DNA of 64,000 nt, from positions 12,090,001 through 12,154,000 of the forward strand of contig OZ024740.1 in the NCBI GenBank assembly GCA_964016885.1, given 5' to 3'. Positions 62,057 through 64,000 of the stretch are shown here, one piece after another. The stretch comes from Eledone cirrhosa (taxonomy: Eukaryota). The notes below the pieces were generated by a model. That model worked only from the letters and a program-made list of their open reading frames with translations, did not search any database and was not told the DNA's origin. The translations under genes and the position numbers were made by a program. The stretch's first letter is position 1. The number at the start of each line of letters is the position of its first letter.

Positions 62057-64000
62057 GACTTAGTCTATCTAGACCTGTCTAACCCTTGTTAGCCCTAGTT
62101 CAGTACTGACCTGGTCTATGTAAACCTGTTTAACCCTTGTTAGCCTTACTTCTGTACTGACTTAGTATATGTAGACCTGTATAACCCTTGTTAGCCCTAC
62201 TCCAGTACTGACTTAGACTATGTAGACCTATCTAATTCTTGTTAGCCCTACTTCAGTACTGACTTAGTATATGTCGACCTGTCTAACCCTTGTTAGCCCT
62301 ACTCCAGTACAGACTTAGTGTATGTAGACCTGTCTAACCCTTGTTAGCCCTACTTCAGTAATGACTTAGTCTATGTAGACCTGTCTAACCCTTGTTAGCC
62401 CTACTTCAGTACTGACTTAGTCTATGTAAACCTGTCTAACACTTGTTAGCCCTATTTCAGTACTGACTTAGTCTATGTCGTCCTATCTGACCCTTGTTAG
62501 CCCCACTCCAGTACTGACCTGGTCTATGTAGTCCTGTCTAAACCTTGTTAGCCCTACTTCAGTACAGACTTAGTCTATGTAGACCTGTCTAACCCTTGTT
62601 AGCCCTACTTCAGTAGTGACATAGTCTATGTAGTCCTGTCTAACCTTTGCTAGCCCTACTTCAGTACTGACGTGGTCTATGTAGACCTGTCCAACCCTTG
62701 TGAACCCTATTCCAGTACTCACTTAGTCTATGTAGACCGGTCTAACCCTTGTTAGCCCTACTTCAGTACTGACTTAGTCTATGTAGACCTGTCTAACACT
62801 TGTTAAACTCTACTTGAGTACTGACTTAGTCTATGTAGACCTGTATAACCCTTGTTAGCCCTACTTCAGTACTGACTTCCTCTATGTAGACCTGTATAAC
62901 CCTTGTTTGCCCTACTTCAGTACTGACCTGGTCTATGTAGACCTGTCTAACACTTGTTAGTCTACTCCAGTACTGACTTAGTCTATGTAGACCTGTCAAA
63001 ACCTTGTTAGCCCTACTCCAGTACTGACTTAGTCTATGTAGACCTGTCTAACCATTGTTAGCTCTACTTCAGTACTGACTTAGTCTATGTAGACCTGTCT
63101 AACCCTTGTTAGCTCTACTTCAGTAGTGACTTAGTCTATGTAGTCCTGTCTAACCCTTCTTAGCCCTACTCCAGTACTGACTGGGTCGATATAGACCTGT
63201 CTAACCCTTGTTAGCCCTACTCCAGTACTGACTTAGTCTATGTAGACCTGTATAACCCTTGTTAGCCCTACTTCAGTACTGACCTGGTCTATGTAGACCT
63301 GTATAACCGTTGTTAGTCCTACTTCAGTACTGACCTGGTTATGTAGACCTGTATAACCCTTGTTAGCCCCTACTTCAGTACTGACGTGGACTATGTAGAC
63401 CTGTCTAAACCTTGTTAGCCCTACTCCAGTACTGACTGGGTCGATATAGACCAGTCTAACCCTTGTAAGCCCTACTTCAGTACTGACTTAGTCTATGTAT
63501 ACCTGTCTAACCCTTGTTAGCCTACTCCAGTACTGACTTAATCTATGTAGACCTGTCTAACCCTTTTTAGCACTACTCCAGTACAGACTTAGTCTATGTA
63601 GACCTGTCTAACCCTTGTTAGCCCTACTCCAGTACTGACTGGGTCGATATAGACCTGTCTAACCCTTGTTAGCCCTACTTCAGTACTGACTTAGTCTATG
63701 TAGACCTGTCTAACCCTTGTTAGCCCTACTTTAGTACTGACCTGGTCTATGTAGACCTGTCTAACCCTTGTTAGCCCTACTTCAGTACTGACTTAGTCTA
63801 TGTAGACCTGTATAACCATTGTTAGCCCTACTTCAGTACTGACTTAGTCTATGTGGACCTGTCTAAACCTTGTTAACCCCACTCCAGTACTGACGTGGTC
63901 TATGTAGACCTGTCTAACCCTTGTTAACCCCACTCCAGTACTGATATGGTCTATGGAGACCTGTCTAACCCTTGTTACCCCTACTTCAGTATTGACTTAA

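Larger units (their letters stand above)
1..64000. repeat. Satellite DNA array, 51-bp monomer (GACTTAGTCTATGTAGACCTGTCTAACCCTTGTTAGCCCTACTTCAGTACT), about 1,240 head-to-tail copies in one orientation, extending beyond both window ends
   Basis: The first monomer spans 1-51 and the next GAC starts at 52. The same unit recurs to position 64000, typically with 0-5 substitutions and occasional small indels. It is interrupted only by four SINE inserts. Copy number is estimated as (64000 - about 790)/51. Confidence 0.99.
56471..64000 (+). repeat. Recent tandem block duplication, period 4483 bp (about 88 monomers); second copy starts near 60954 and runs off the window
   Basis: Rare variants recur at +4483: TATGAAGAC 56513/60996, empty site 57558/62041, TTTTTAGCAC 59081/63564. 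The offset then drops to 4127 (ACTTTAGTAC 59601/63728). Boundaries are approximate. Confidence 0.9.

Noticed and set aside
1-64000. CRISPR-like array (palindromic repeats at regular spacing)
   Set aside because: Repeats are contiguous with no unique spacers (only a 3-nt variable loop). There are no cas genes, and the eukaryotic SINE indicates an animal genome.
1-64000. True telomeric repeat tract or G-quadruplex array
   Set aside because: TAACCC occurs singly per 51 bp and never in tandem. Minus-strand GGG runs are only two per monomer, with one long (about 38-nt) gap.
1-64000. Strand inversion or a fixed-period higher-order repeat in the array
   Set aside because: No reverse-orientation monomers were noticed by eye. 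Duplication periods differ from place to place (7, 16, ~35, ~37, ~88 monomers), so no single HOR is supported.

Overview
The window is essentially one uninterrupted-orientation satellite DNA array of about 1,240 copies of a 51-bp monomer (consensus GACTTAGTCTATGTAGACCTGTCTAACCCTTGTTAGCCCTACTTCAGTACT, 22/51 GC, no CpG). It runs off both ends. The only non-satellite DNA is four near-identical 181-182 bp inserts at 43873, 45190, 46253 and 48582. These are minus-strand tRNA-type SINE copies with Pol III A/B boxes, and from memory they resemble the Nin-domain SINE abundant in Octopus, which suggests a cephalopod/mollusc genome (not verified). All four share the same 16-bp target-site duplication and flanking monomer variants, and the empty pre-insertion site survives twice (57558, 62041). 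This points to one retrotransposition event later multiplied by satellite turnover. The monomer is a chain of overlapping inverted repeats, splits into five diverged ~10-bp subunits, and has a hypervariable GAC-NNN-GTC loop. One monomer class resembles the 3' part of the SINE. Block duplications of 0.36-4.5 kb are visible. No credible protein-coding gene, CRISPR array or telomeric array was found. All comparisons and counts were made by eye.
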